A program made the translations under genes and the position numbers. From Amoebophrya sp. A120 (Eukaryota > Protista > Dinoflagellata), in the NCBI GenBank assembly GCA_905178155.1, contig CAJINV010000003.1, forward strand, positions 8,476,799 to 8,540,798: DNA of 64,000 nucleotides, in the 5' to 3' direction. Below are positions 10,800 to 23,400 of the stretch, piece after piece (position 1 is the stretch's first letter; each line of letters starts with the position of its first letter). The notes under the pieces were generated by a model. The model was not told the origin of the DNA and did no database searches. It saw only the letters and a list, made by a program, of their open reading frames with translations.

Positions 10800-11615
10800 C
10801 TAGTAGTTGTCACCGGCCCACCGCAATAGCAATTTTTCCTGTACTCGGGAATAAGCAGGCAGTTGTTGCTCGATTATGTTTCTTGCAGCGTAAAGAAGAT
10901 GGTCTTCCTGTTCCAGGAGCAATTGCAGGATGTGCAGCTCGTGGCTTGAAGTCAGATATTTTGCCGCGAGCGCACGCGCAGCGGACAAAAATAGCCACCT
11001 TTTATATTCGGACTCGAGAGTTGTTCTCCGGCAGCGGGAGCGGTCGGTGCGACGGTACACAGTGACCGGCGGCCCGAAGGATACTGGGTTTCCTGGTTCC
11101 TGGAGCTTCCGCGCCTTGTTGCTGAGAATTTTCCACCTGCTGGACGGGTGTTGTTCGTTCGCCGTGTCCAAGGAATATTTTCCCACCAAATATCCGCCAG
11201 GCCGAACCGGCTCGCAAAAATTGGGATATCTGCGGTTCGCCGTCCTGCTTTTGCGTTCTTCGTACAGTTCCGTGGAGATGTACTCTTGCAGGACCCGTAG
11301 CTGGTGGGTTAGCAAGTACAGCTGCCACACTGTGTGGTCTAATTCCTTTTCGGTTGTGAACCGATAGCGGCCCCGGCGGTTCTCCTCTAGCACCTGCTCA
11401 TACAAGTTCTGGCGCCGCCACAAATAATAATTGCGGAATAGCTGGACCTGCTGATATCGTTGGTGTACGTTTGAGCGCTTGCGCTCTAGTTTTGGACTAA
11501 ACCAACGCGCCCGACCCTTAAAATGTATCTGGTCGTCAGCGTATATTGACTCGTTGAATTCTGGAGCGAAATAAATCACCTCATCGAATCCATTGGTGAT
11601 GTTGTCGCGCCACAT
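10800..11615 (-). CDS. Accessory ORF A of retroelement, unknown function
   Basis: 271-aa ATG-initiated intronless R/Y-rich ORF between the PBS and gag, with TAGATG stop-start junctions at both ends. Confidence 0.65.
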   Translation of the reverse strand: MWRDNITNGFDEVIYFAPEFNESIYADDQIHFKGRARWFSPKLERKRSNVHQRYQQVQLFRNYYLWRRQNLYEQVLEENRRGRYRFTTEKELDHTVWQLYLLTHQLRVLQEYISTELYEERKSRTANRRYPNFCEPVRPGGYLVGKYSLDTANEQHPSSRWKILSNKARKLQEPGNPVSFGPPVTVYRRTDRSRCRRTTLESEYKRWLFLSAARALAAKYLTSSHELHILQLLLEQEDHLLYAARNIIEQQLPAYSRVQEKLLLRWAGDNY

Positions 11616-11907
11616 CTACCATTACGAACCAACGGTCAGTGCTCCCGCAGCTTTCGCTAGCCGCTCGCACCAATCTCGCGTGTGGTAGAGGTTGCGAAGG
11701 AGCTTAGTTGCACGGTCCAAGCGACGCGAAAATTTTGTTTCCTTGTTGAGCCGGCGTTTTTGGTTGTTTTTTTTTAGTTGTTTTTAGTTGTGAAATCCCC
11801 TGGCTTCATAGCAGTTCCTCCCGGGTGGTGGTGGGGACGTGGAGGACGCCGTTTTTTTCGTATTTAGTTGTCTAGTTGTTCTTCGTCGTTGCCATCGAAG
11901 ATGTTGG

Positions 11908-11926
11908 TTCCCGGCTTGATTCACCA
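11908..11926 (-). promoter_or_regulatory. Primer-binding site (tRNA identity not assigned)
   Basis: TGGTGAATCAAGCCGGGAA lies 1 nt after the LTR-terminal CA; its complement reads TTCCCGGCTTGATTCACCA, like a tRNA 3' end. Confidence 0.7.
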
Positions 11927-11927
11927 A

Positions 11928-12354
11928 TGTAGGACTACGGCCAACTGCACACTGACTGATGTCAGGAGAGTTGTGCGATCACCACAAGAGAGAAGGAACG
12001 GGTTAAAACTATCTTGAGCGAGAAACTTGGAACAAGCTACGAGAGCGAGGGATCTCAAATCACATCTGCTTCACGACGTAAATGCGTGAGCAGGGAGCAC
12101 GCTGCTCGAGTGTTCGTCTTTCTCTTTACTTCCTTGTTTCTTCCTATGTTCAAGGTTGAAATCGTGACTCGTTCAAGTTCAACAACGCGGTTGCACGCAC
12201 GCAACGGATCTCGGTTCACAAACAACTCTTTCTCGTTCGTCGTTCTTTTCTCATCTTCGTTGTTCGTACTCGCGGAACTCTTTGCGTTGTCAACTGTGAC
12301 TAGAGCTAAGGTGGCGAACACAGTTACACTCGATGGATTCATTCTCTTCATACA
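11928..12354 (-). repeat. Putative 5' LTR (427 bp)
   Basis: Minus strand runs TGTATGAAG...GTCCTACA with imperfect terminal IRs, abuts the PBS, and composition shifts beyond 12354. No second copy is in the window, so the outer boundary is inferred. Confidence 0.6.
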
Positions 12355-12458
12355 TTGGAATATGGATATTCGAGTCGATATCTATATCCATCTTCGATAA
12401 GGAGTCATGATTTTAATTGAGAATCGTCGACTCATCTTGATCGATTCTCGATTCATCG

Positions 12459-13826
12459 AGATCCATCTTATTCATCGAGATCCATCTTCCATTCATCACG
12501 CAATTTGTCCCTTCCGCTGTTGCTGCCCTCTCGTCAACCGCACAGGTATCGCTTTTTCGGCCCGGCATCCCGGATCGACCAACCACAAGTGCAGTGCGAC
12601 ACAATGCCCACCACGACATCAAGGATTGCGACAAGACCACAAACATCCTACTCTCACCGGCTGCACGCTTCGGCGGGGCAAAACGGTGGACACCTAGGCG
12701 AGGCACGGGAGGGGGCGCCCCAGGGCGGGGGTCCCCCAAACAGGTATAGTTCTACTCTATTTCCCTGTGGCGCTGCATGGCATGGAATGCAAAAATACAA
12801 CGCTGGTCCCGGTGTTCTTCCTCCCCTCAATTCCCAGGTCAACCGGCACTACACGGCCAACGGATGGACCGGGCGGCCAGGGGACGACCGGGGCGGCGGC
12901 TGGCGATGCCACGACGACTTCTACGCGCGGGACATTGATGCCGATCGCCACTTGCCGGAGATACGGAATAACCGACTGCACGCGACAGCGGGGCAAAACG
13001 GTCTACACCTAAGCGACCAAGGGGCGGGGGCTCCCGGGTGCGGGGGCTCCCAGAACAGGTATAATTCAACTTCGCATGGCTGTGGTCCTTTTTGGAATGT
13101 CGAGGTCCACCACTCTCATGCTGGCGCGTTTGCTTCCCTCCCCTACAACACCCAGGTCCACTACCACCATGCGGGGCGATCCAATCCCGGGCGGTGGAAC
13201 ACGACCGCGCAACCGGCAACGTGGTGGTGACCGAGCGGAAAGATTGGAATACGACTTGCAAAGTCTGCTGATCGACGATCCGAGATGAAAAGAGAAACAG
13301 ATGATCTAAAAGCTAGCACGCTGCTGGCTCCAGCTGCGTCCAAAAAAAAAAGAAACAACTTGAAATTTCGACTTTCGTATGAATCCAATTGATATCTTGA
13401 AGAACAGGTTTATTTTTGGGATGATCAAACTTCAAGACTTATCCTGCTGACATAGGAGCTACCATTTTGGTGGCCCCAGCTGAGTTTATTCAGAAAAAAG
13501 TAATCTTGAAATCTAGATTTACTTTTGCCAAAAACAAAGAACTACGATCGACGGATCTATTTTTTTTACTAAAATGCTGTTGTTGGATTTGAATTTAGAC
13601 GACTTGTTGACCACGAACAGATAAATCGTCTTGTTATTATTTCTCATGAATAGATGTTTATTTAAGTTTTTCAGTTTGAGTTGGTTCTGACATGGAGGAT
13701 CACTACTGCGACAAAAATGGGATTGCAACGGAACTTTTAGGGCCTTGAACATTTGACGCCATGCCCTGGCATGGAAAGAAAGAAAGAAAGAAAGAAAGAT
13801 CCATCTTATTCATCGAGATCCATCTT
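12459..13826. repeat. Pair of identical 30-bp direct repeats flanking the plus-strand gene
   Basis: AGATCCATCTTATTCATCGAGATCCATCTT at 12459-12488 and 13797-13826; the second copy is preceded by a (GAAA)n tract. Confidence 0.9.
12604..13230 (+). CDS. Hypothetical 208-aa G/H/N-rich protein with a twofold internal repeat
   Basis: ATG at 12604. RLHASAGQNGGHLGE...NRYSST and RLHATAGQNGLHLSD...NRYNST are ~315 nt apart with synonymous differences. GC-rich island in AT-rich flanks. Confidence 0.7.
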   Translation: MPTTTSRIATRPQTSYSHRLHASAGQNGGHLGEAREGAPQGGGPPNRYSSTLFPCGAAWHGMQKYNAGPGVLPPLNSQVNRHYTANGWTGRPGDDRGGGWRCHDDFYARDIDADRHLPEIRNNRLHATAGQNGLHLSDQGAGAPGCGGSQNRYNSTSHGCGPFWNVEVHHSHAGAFASLPYNTQVHYHHAGRSNPGRWNTTAQPATWW

Positions 13827-14012
13827 TTCTCATATGAAAATATAATTCTCTGTCTCTTGAGTCCTCTTTTTCTTATCTTCCTATTCTTCCATCTCTACAA
13901 TTTTGAGAATCAAACCAAATCGAATTTTATCTTCAGAAGATCTATTTAATCATCAGATGAAGAAATTCTCGTATGATGGATTTCGGTGCTTTGTGTGCAA
14001 TGATTTCCTAAA

Positions 14013-14059
14013 CACTAACACATTCACACGGAATAAGCACTAACACATTCACACGGAAG
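14013..14059. repeat. Short tandem duplication
   Basis: CACTAACACATTCACACGGAA twice, 25-bp period. Confidence 0.85.
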
Positions 14060-16090
14060 CTATGAGAGTCCCCAGAAGAAGAAATTGATATTCTAGAAAT
14101 TCAAATAGATTATGAAAAATAAATTTTGAATTGTGAGAATCTCGAAGGAGATTGATATAGGATAAAAAAAAACCGAAATTGAAAAAAATTCAGATTGATA
14201 TTACGAAATTCAAAAAGTTCAGAGATCTAGAAAACACAATGATAATATCGAAGATTTTCAAAAAACAACAACAAATATCATTCTCTAAACAAATAGACAC
14301 AAACATAAAAAAATTCCGAGATATTGTTATAGACACATAATCGAAACTGAGATTGAGATAGATGAATCATCACATGAGATGAGACAGATGGTTATGGGCA
14401 TTGCAAATGCCTCATTACTCCGAGATAGATGAATGAAAAATATTTCGCAAAATGAAAATATTTATATTTTTGAAGAAAATAAGAAAAAGAATGAGAGATG
14501 ATATCAAGATCATATGAGAAAAAAAAAATCATTCATGAAAAGAAATTTGAATTTCCAATGAATTTCTTACATATGGGATTCATTCATCATCGTCATCATC
14601 TAGCGCATTCATCATCATTGGAAAATATTCATGATAATCTGAAATCATTCTCAGAAAACGGAAAATATTTCAAGACTAAGATTCGACGCAAGTATGTGGC
14701 CTAGTGCTATTTCTGTCCACCATGTGGTTGTGATGGGGAGATCTCCTCGGATGTTGATGCCCATTGTCGGATTGATGGCCATCGGCATTCTTGACCCCGT
14801 GCTATAGAAGGGTGGAAAGAATCTTCAACCTCAATATGCGATGCGCTATGAATATGGGCATTTTTGTGTATGTATATTTTGACGATGATGCAACTCGGTT
14901 CCACTTTTGTCGCGGTTTCATTTTGTTTTTTTGGATATCGATATTTTTCATGCCATGTCCTCCATGTGTCTGTCCTGTCTGTTCGGGTCTTGACGTTTTG
15001 GTTTTCTTCTCTGTCGAAATTATACACGTCGCAACCGAAGACGACGAAATCGAAAGGCTTGCCCCCATACAGGTGCGGACCGCGGCCCTGCATTGATTTC
15101 GATTTGGGCTCGGAGCCAAACTCTTAAGTCCATTAATATTAAATGCGTTATTGGGCTCACGCTCACCAGAACCAGTGCATGACTTTCCAGCGTCAGAAAG
15201 ACAACATGGACATTTTGCGGCTGCTGAATAGCTGTGCTAGTCGTCTAGTACGAGAATGAGTTGCTGCATGCACAGTTATGGTGTACTAAACATAGAGTTC
15301 ATGATAGAATCTTTACAAATTGCATAAAAATGTGGAAACTAAAACTATGCGAAGGTGATCAAATATGTCCTGCATTTTGTACGTATTTCGATAGATACTG
15401 CTGTCTTTTCTAAAAAGCAGACCGTAATAAATGGCTAAAGACAAAGAATACAGAGGTAGATGGCTTTACCCTGGCGGCACGTTCGAATCACAAATTTGCG
15501 TGTTGAAAACGAAAAGTAAATGTAAGTCTAAGTTGCTGTTCATGCGGTTATTTTTCAGTTTCAGGCTCTTTGATCTTGATACTAGCAAACTCTCCGATGT
15601 TTTTCGAAACAACAGGATCATCAATCGTTCGTGTTGGTGTTGCAATCAAATAAATAATTGTAATATTCTCATTGCCGACTGCATCTTTCTGAGTTACTTT
15701 CTCGGTCGTTGTGGGCCGAAGTAAAACAGGAACAACGCCAGCAGGCAGGAAAACCAATTCTATTCAGCGCTAGCGCTACGATAGCTCCAAGAGGGTTTGG
15801 CCGATTTATTATTCCCCGCTCAGACGTGACCACCCCAGCACCAGCTGCGAAAAAGTTGATCAGGGCGCGCAACTGTAGTAGTAATGCAAAACGCGCATTA
15901 GAAGTCATGACATGATGCGAGCGACAGCGTGTCCGCGGCTCGGTATATTAAGTTGGTTAACTTTTGGTGTTCAACGCGTTCAGCGTGACAGATGTCTGGA
16001 CACCTGAGGTAAAAAAAAACCTGTCGTGCAGCAAATGCCTGTACCGGAGAAGATACTTTGTTGCAATTTCAATTTGGATTCAGAGGTTCG

Positions 16091-19000
16091 TCACAACTGA
16101 GCGAGGCATATCATGGCTGCGGATGTAGTCTTCCTGTGCTCAGCCGCGGTGACGGCAGCAGATTTTCGCGTTGCGCGAGAGGATTTCGTGGCCTCGCGTC
16201 GTTTTTCTCTTTCGCGCGCGAGCAGCTCTTCCGCAAACCGCAGGGTCTTGCCGAAGCGGTCGGGTGGGGTCAGTTTTGCGAGTGCCCGGCGGCACATCCT
16301 TTCGTCCCGCTCCTGTTCCCGTTCTACTTGCGTGACTAGGTGATCCACCAGATGGAGATCGATCAGTCCCTCGTCGTACTCCCCCCCGTCGACCCGAAAC
16401 TGAAACTTGCGCAGCCACCAGCAGAACTCCATGGTCTGCCGAAAGCTCCACGCGGCCACCGGCATCGCCCCACTTCTATTGCTAGCGTGACTACTAGTAA
16501 AACTTAAACTCGTAGTTCCTGCCGTAGTAGTACTGCTGTTCATCTTCTTGTTCCTTACCGTTGCCGAGCAACTGGTGCTAAAGCCGCCGCGCGGCTCGTT
16601 TGACACGACCTCCAGCTTCTCCAGCGCGCGGTGAAAGCTTTCGGCAGGTAGAAATCCGTGGGCGGCATTCTCCTCTCGGGTGAAGGCTTTACAGAGTCTC
16701 AGCACGCTGATTTTGCGGAGCCGGGTCATGTACAGCAGGCGCGTCAGCAAGCTGCGATACGGCTCGCAGACGATGCTGCCTTCATCCCTGTACTCGACGA
16801 CAATGTCGTCCTTGGTCCGGTGCTTCTGCGTCTTTGCTGGGACGACACTGGACGACAGGGAAGAACTGGGCGCTTGTTTCCCTTGCGAGGTGGACCCGTC
16901 CTCGACCTCGTTCAACAACACCCCCGCTGCTGTGTCGGCATCGTGCCACGGCCGCTTCAGGGCGGTTGGGAGCGGGAGGTAGTTCTTGTAGTCAGTCGAT
17001 GTTGCTTGTTTGATGTTGCCTTTGTTGTAGCTGCTGCTCATCCCAACAATAGTAGAGCCTGGATAATTGTTGTTTTCCTCCCGCTCGAAGGAATCTGATG
17101 GAAAAACGACGTCGACGAGCGCACTGTCGTAAGAACTCGACCATGTTGTCGGTGCTGGTGCTCCACCTGCGCCACCCCCACTAGTGGAAGAACTAGAACA
17201 GGCACCTCCGCTTGATGTTGTCGCCGCCTCCGCCTCGTCGACGCGGTAGTACAGTTTCTTTCGCACACAGTCGTCGTCTGGAGAGCTGTAGTGCAGATCT
17301 TGCGCCATCTGCGAGAGGGCAACGACTTCCACCTGGTCGCGGAAGGACCGCACCGGTGCTGCCCCATTGGGAATCTGGGTGTAGTAGCGCAGGGCCTTGC
17401 TGTTCCCCCACTGTTGCCCTGCCCACTGCCGTCGGCTCTCCAGGGTTTCGTCAACCGCGAGACAATCGAGGCATTCGGCCGGGCTGTCAAATGCAAATGT
17501 GTCTGGGTCTGGAACGATGCAAGTTTTGCCACGCAGGTTTTCCATGACCCATGAGGTCTGGAATGCGGGACCTCGCATGACAGAAGATTCTCTGAGGTCT
17601 CTAACTCTATCATGCCTACAACTCTGCATGAGAAACTTCCTCTCAACTCGGTGGAAAGTGGACAGCTTTTGGCACTTATGCAACACAGTCACAGATTTCT
17701 GTATGATTCAGATGTAGCATGACAAATCGCAAATGCAATCGTCCAGACCCAAACATATTTATTTGCATTCGATACGTGCGCCGGCGTCGCAATTCTTGCG
17801 TGCGCGTCCACGGAATCCGGTGGTCGTCGGTCTGCAGTTCTTCCAGAGCTACTCCCGCACAATTGCGGTATTCGGCCGAATATGCATCAAAAATAGTTAT
17901 CATGGATCTTGGTCGGGCAGAGCCAAAGGCAAAAGCGCTGCAGACGTCACGTCTGCTGCTGGTTGGGATAATTGCGGTCCATGTCTAGTTTTGATGAAGC
18001 TGGGGGATGGACTTGCCGAGTCTGTCAAGTAGAGCGGCCAGCGAAAGAACCTATACCCAGCTGCGTTTATACTCATTTATATTGTTTTTGCTGAGACAGA
18101 GACTGACATCGGATTGAAGTTGTCCAATGGATGCAGGATAGTTATTACAAGCTTCGGGTCTTGCTGGGACCGACCTCCTTCTTCATCTCGCGGAACCGCA
18201 TGCACGGAAGAGAGACCTTCGCATGCATCTCAGACTCCGAGCTAGCGCTCGTGGGTTACCTACATGATGTGCGCGCCAACCCTCTGCACTGTTCCAGGTC
18301 TAGATGTTGTGTTTTCAGTTGATACCCAAGTGGAGGGGTTCTGGAGAAGCAGCTGGCTTCGCGCGGCGACCGGCATTAGAGATGAACACTGGGCCTTTCC
18401 CTTTGCCAAAAAGATGGGATCTTGCCGATTCCACGAAGAATGCGACATACCTGGGGGGGCGTTATGGTTTTGGTCACAAATAACTTGCATATCGAGAAAA
18501 AAACTCCGAGGACCTCCTGAACCTGATCTTCGTAGTAGTTGCGTAAAGATTCATGCAGCGTTCATGAATGTTGACAGAGATCAGATAGGGCCTGATGCAT
18601 ACTTAGATGAAGAGCCCCTCAGGAGAAGTTTTGTGAAAACAAGCAGGACCCGTGCAGTGTCCAGAATAGTTTGCGGTGCCGTTCTCTTTGCACTTGTGCA
18701 GGATTTGCAGCTCTTTCTTGAGTGTGTTACGTGTTAGTTTGAACTTCTTTAGGAAAAGGAAATACACTAAAAGGGCGATAGAAGAATAAAGAAAAAGCGG
18801 CAGTTTGTTGAATTTCTAGTTCTAGGTAGTATCTTTATCTTGGCTGTGTAGCTGTACCTGGTAGGGGCGCAGTGGTGTACAGTCGGCGGCGATTTCCGTG
18901 TAAATTCGGTCTGTCGATGTCCCGTCCGCGGCCTTTCTTGATCAAGTGCGTGTACAGACTTCGCGGTTGCGCAGATATCGCTCCGTAATCGTACTGTGCC

Positions 19001-19467
19001 AGCGCGGAGCAGGGTCGCCGCACCCACCGCTGCTGCTTCCTGCGGGTCTCTTCATCGCCCGGAGCAGCGTCCGCGGCGTTCGTCCGCGCGTCCGGGTGTC
19101 GGGCAGGGCGCGACGAGCTTCTATTGAGGTTCTGTTGCTGATGCTGGCCATCTTCCTCTTCATATCTACTAAAATCGTGGTCGGCGTCCTCCTGGTCGCT
19201 GCTTCTCGGGGAGGAAGACGAGGAAGCCTGCTCGAGCACTTGTAGTTCGTCGTGGCCTTCGAAGCGTTCAAGCGCATCCTTGAGACCCCGCATCGCGCCG
19301 GTCCTCCGGCGGTGGTTTAGGAAGCGCCGCGTCGCTACAGCAGCCCGGCGCTCGCGGGCGCGTGCAGGGCCGCCGTTTCTCAATGCGAGAACACTCCATA
19401 CTGAAGCCGGGTGGTCGTTCATCGCTTCTATCTCCTGCTTTTCTCTATATTTTCCGCCGATCTTCAC
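16091..19467 (-). CDS. Multi-exon hypothetical protein, weak EF-hand-like segment (span approximate)
   Basis: Large exon 16091-~17484 joins in frame to the 17775-~17990 exon after removal of the IR element. RLCKAFTREENAAHGFLPAESFHRAL resembles a degenerate EF hand. Linkage to the 18.8-19.5 kb ORF is assumed. Confidence 0.5.
17485..17774. mobile_element. IR introner copy a (intron)
   Basis: TIRs TGTCAAATGCAAATGTGTCTGGGTCTGGA / TCCAGACCCAAACATATTTATTTGCATTCGATA; flanks CGGGC/CGTGC. Removal restores frame; a GT-AG alternative (17775-17484, 292 nt) is also in frame. Confidence 0.85.
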
Positions 19468-20463
19468 ACAAACATCACGTGAGCAAGTACTGAACGCTGG
19501 TGCTGGTCGTGGTGCAGCTGCTAAGAAACTAGTTAACCTAGGAAATACTCACAGAACTTGTTCATCGGTTTACTGCGGCATGAGTCATGATGACGTCGGG
19601 GCATTTCGTCTCCCATCACATACGGCGAAAAAAAGCTCGATGGATTGCGCTCTGGCGCCGGGAGACACAATAATACTACTTAACCCTGCTTCAGATGATG
19701 AAAAAATGCGCGATCCCCATCTCTCATCGTCCCCGTCACACCACTACGACCGCTCCCCCTATGCTTGCTGGGTTCACTGAAATATTAGTTCAAGTAGACC
19801 GTGCTTGGTCACCATAATATTAATCTTCATAAGCAGGAGCAATCATACATGAACAAATCTCGGTCAAATAACTAAGCGCAAGGTCGTCACTCTCGTATGA
19901 CAACCAGACTCACACTTGTTCCGGGAGAAAAAAAAACGAGACAGTTTTGCGATACCCATGAAGGAGATGAAGGACTTGATCTCTAAGAATTAGAAAAAAA
20001 AAACGAACAAGAATGTTTTCTTATTGAGGCAAGTGCAACATTCCGCTTTTCAAATTACCCAACGTGGGTCTTGAACAAGAAGAGCAAGTCTGTTCTTTAA
20101 TCCATAATCCATGACCATGTTGGTGCAGGTAGAGGTGCTTGGTGCCAAAAATGCACTAGGGTGAATGTCGACGACCCGCCTTCTTGTTTCTGCTCACAGT
20201 GTATGAATCTGCTGTTCCACCAGCACCAGTCACAGTCTGTAGCTACATTGCAATTTTTCCCCTTCGCGCGACGTTGTGGCATTCGTATTTTTGTCCTCGG
20301 TGACGGTCATGCTGGGAAGAATTTATACGACGTTACTTATATCTTGCGGAAAATAAGATAGGCATGTCGCATAACATTTATTAAACCCGCAAAGTTTTGA
20401 ATTTTTCCACTTCTCGTCTTCTTACCCGTACAGGCACAAACGATGCCATTTGTGTTCTTCGAT

Positions 20464-23400
20464 TTAGCGACTTTTTCTTGGAGCAGTACGCTTGAGTTTT
20501 TGGAAAGTGTAACTCGAATCTATTCTCCGTCTCGCAGTTCTCGCAGGGTTTTGCTTCTCATGCTTCTCCTTGTCGAAAGCCGTGCAATCGAGCCACTTCC
20601 TCAATACGTCGGTGCACTGAGATATGGAAGCGTCAGGGTTGAAATCGTCAAAGTTGAAATAATTTGTAACGCATAAAAAAATAATGTATGACCCGAGGCA
20701 CGTGTGTTCCAGAGCAGGCAAGTGAGACCGATTGCAAACCTGTTTGGGGTTAGAGCTCGAGCTGCTAAAGTAAAAGTAGCATGAGAAAATCAGTCTTCTT
20801 TGCCTAAGCAGCATGGCAAGCTGGATTTAAGGACCACCAAAGTTTGTCATGCACCGCTTAGAAATTAGGCTTAAAACTGGCATCCATTTTATGCATGACA
20901 AATCATTTCAACTTTGTCGATTTCAAACCTGACGCTTCCATATAAGATGGTGCTCGTTAACATCCACGAGAAGGACTGCTGGCCGCGGATGCTACCGCGG
21001 TACTGCAGGTAGACTTTCCGCGCGTGCGCGACGGCTGCTGGGGTAGTTGCGCTGCAACGCCGGGCGCCCCTCTTCAAAAAGCGGGGCTGCACAAGGCAAT
21101 TCAGAACGCGGAGCACAAGTCGTGGATCCGCACGATGGCGATGGGGAATTTCAGTCCACAATTGGGCAAGGAGCGCGACTTGCAAGTCTTCGCAAACGGC
21201 TGCGATTGAGAGGTCCTCCATTCCAGAAGTACTCGCCGTTTCACCAATGTGCGCGGAAGCGCTGCATTCGCCTTCCCCTTTCCTTCTGCGTGTAGCACTT
21301 TCTTGCGACGTGTTCAATGGGAATGGGGTAGAGGCAAAAGCATCGGAAAGCGTGTCCTCACAGGAGACTCCGACAGTGCACCACCCCGGGCTCGACAGCG
21401 ACAAGAGTCTTGGCTTCCTTGCGGTGTTTCCTTGCACAAATGGAACAGAGGAGCATACGCTTTCCGATGGCGCGGATGCTGTGCGACGCCGCTTTGCGAT
21501 TCTTAAGTGTGATTGTTGTTGTCCACCCGAAACTTCTGCCACGTTCTTGCACCTGAGAAGTCCCAACAAATCAGGGTGGACGGCTAGTCTTGTTTCGTCG
21601 ATGCAATCACTACGACTTCTTGTCATACCGGTAGTAGAAGTAGTTCCCCCACCAGCCTGTACAAGAGTTTCTGCTGTAGTAGAAGTCGAAGATGATGACG
21701 ATGAGCCTTCTGTTTCTACTGAAGGTGTTGAGTGGGGGCGGTGAACCGCACCTCCAACTACAGCTTCTTTCCCTTTGGGTTCGGTTACGTGCTGCGATGG
21801 TGCAGCAATATCTGGATCTGCAGGTTTGATTGGCTTGTTCCTTTGACTTCGAAGTAGACGCACCGGTGCGGCGATTGCAGCGACGAGGTGGATAAAGTAT
21901 TCCACGTCGAAGAATTGGAGCGCAGCTTGTCTGGCGTTACGACGTCTTGTAATCTACCGAATGCAAATATGTCTGGGTCTGGAACATTATGGCAAGATTT
22001 GCCGTGCGTGTATGGCATGATACATATGGTACCAGAAGCAGGCCCTGGCAGTTCGCCCTCCAGGTGGCATGACTTTCAGCTCTGCACTGCATGGCCACGA
22101 AGGGCTCCTCACCTGTAACGACTTGTTTATGCAAAAATGACGTTTATATAGTCTAAATTTCATTTTGTCATGCCTGCGGAAACGCAACACGAAGCCGCGC
22201 AAAATCAATTTTAACAAAACAAACCTGTGACCACGCTTGGGCTTGGCTGCGCATTTCAGCTGGCATCACAACTTTCTAATAGACCACGACATATTCGCAG
22301 AATGCATATCAATATCATCCGTTGCTGGTCGTGGACACTGGGCGGGGCCATCTCTCGGTCGCGTCCCCAGCTTGTGCGGCCCTCGTCATTCTCATTTGGG
22401 CGTGCGATAAGTTCGCTTTTAGGTCGTGGCTCTTCCGCCGGTTCTTCGGCCGCTGCAACTTGGTGGTCGTGCCCTTCGTCCTCGTCTTCAGGCGGAATCA
22501 CGACCCGAGCCCGAAGCAAGTCTTGGTATCCCGCGACGTAGGCCAGAAAGGGTTGGCCCGCTATTCTCAGTGCTGTAAGCAAGCAGGTACTGGCCTGGAC
22601 CGAGAAGGCCCCGGGAATGCAGTAGAGCATTCGGAAGTGAAAGCGCAGCGCATCAGCGGGCTGAAATCGACAGGCGCGGAGAATCCCCGCGAGAGTAATT
22701 GCGGACGGGTGCTTCACAAACGCAAACATGGCCAGGGGCGAGGGCAGGTGGCACCTCTGCAGAGCATGATCAGAGGTGTTCGGAGTCAGACCAACTATTG
22801 TTCCTGAAAGCGTGCCTTTATTGTGCCCGGGAGTCGAGAGCAGTTGTGCTCCAACTTCGCTGCTACACAAACGTACCTCCGACATATGATCTGCCAGAGG
22901 TGCATGTAGTGTATTTCCATCACAAACGCCATGTTGATCGACCTTCTGCTCGGTGAAGAAGTCCGCACTTATCTGCCCTGCCGGGGTGCTTGCCAACGGG
23001 CGACAGCACGCCAATAAAGTGTTCCACGTCGTATCATCTGGACTGAGATGAGATCCTGTGCAAAACAAGTATCGGACTTCTCTTGCAAAATAGAAGCAAA
23101 CAACTCAAACAAAATTTCATTCTCAGGACGGCGAGAGGAGCATTTTCCTCTGAAGAAGTAGTCACGATTTTTACTCATTATATCAGTCGCGCGGAGGTGC
23201 TGCTTCGCAGTGTCCTTCACGTCACACTTTTTTCTTTGTACATGTGCGATACTTGTGGAATATTTGCAATGCATAGGCGAAGCCCATCAATACCTGGACG
23301 TGCGCCGCCAGCTAGAAGGTCGGCGTACAACTGTTCCGCGGCGTCGTGCTTATCCGTAATTTGTGTGTGCGGGGCCTTCTTTATAGCCGCTAGTGCGATA

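Larger units (their letters stand above)
2906..12354 (-). mobile_element. Ty3/Gypsy-like LTR retrotransposon, 3'-truncated (no RNase H, integrase or 3' LTR seen)
   Basis: LTR-like TG..CA segment followed by a TGG PBS, then intronless tandem ORFs. Domain order is Zn-knuckle, aspartic protease, RT, which is gypsy order. Confidence 0.85.

Noticed and set aside
2915-11615. Stop-codon reassignment explaining the in-frame TAG/TAA
   Set aside because: The Gln-rich 1830-aa and other long ORFs contain no TAA/TAG, and conserved genes end at standard stops.
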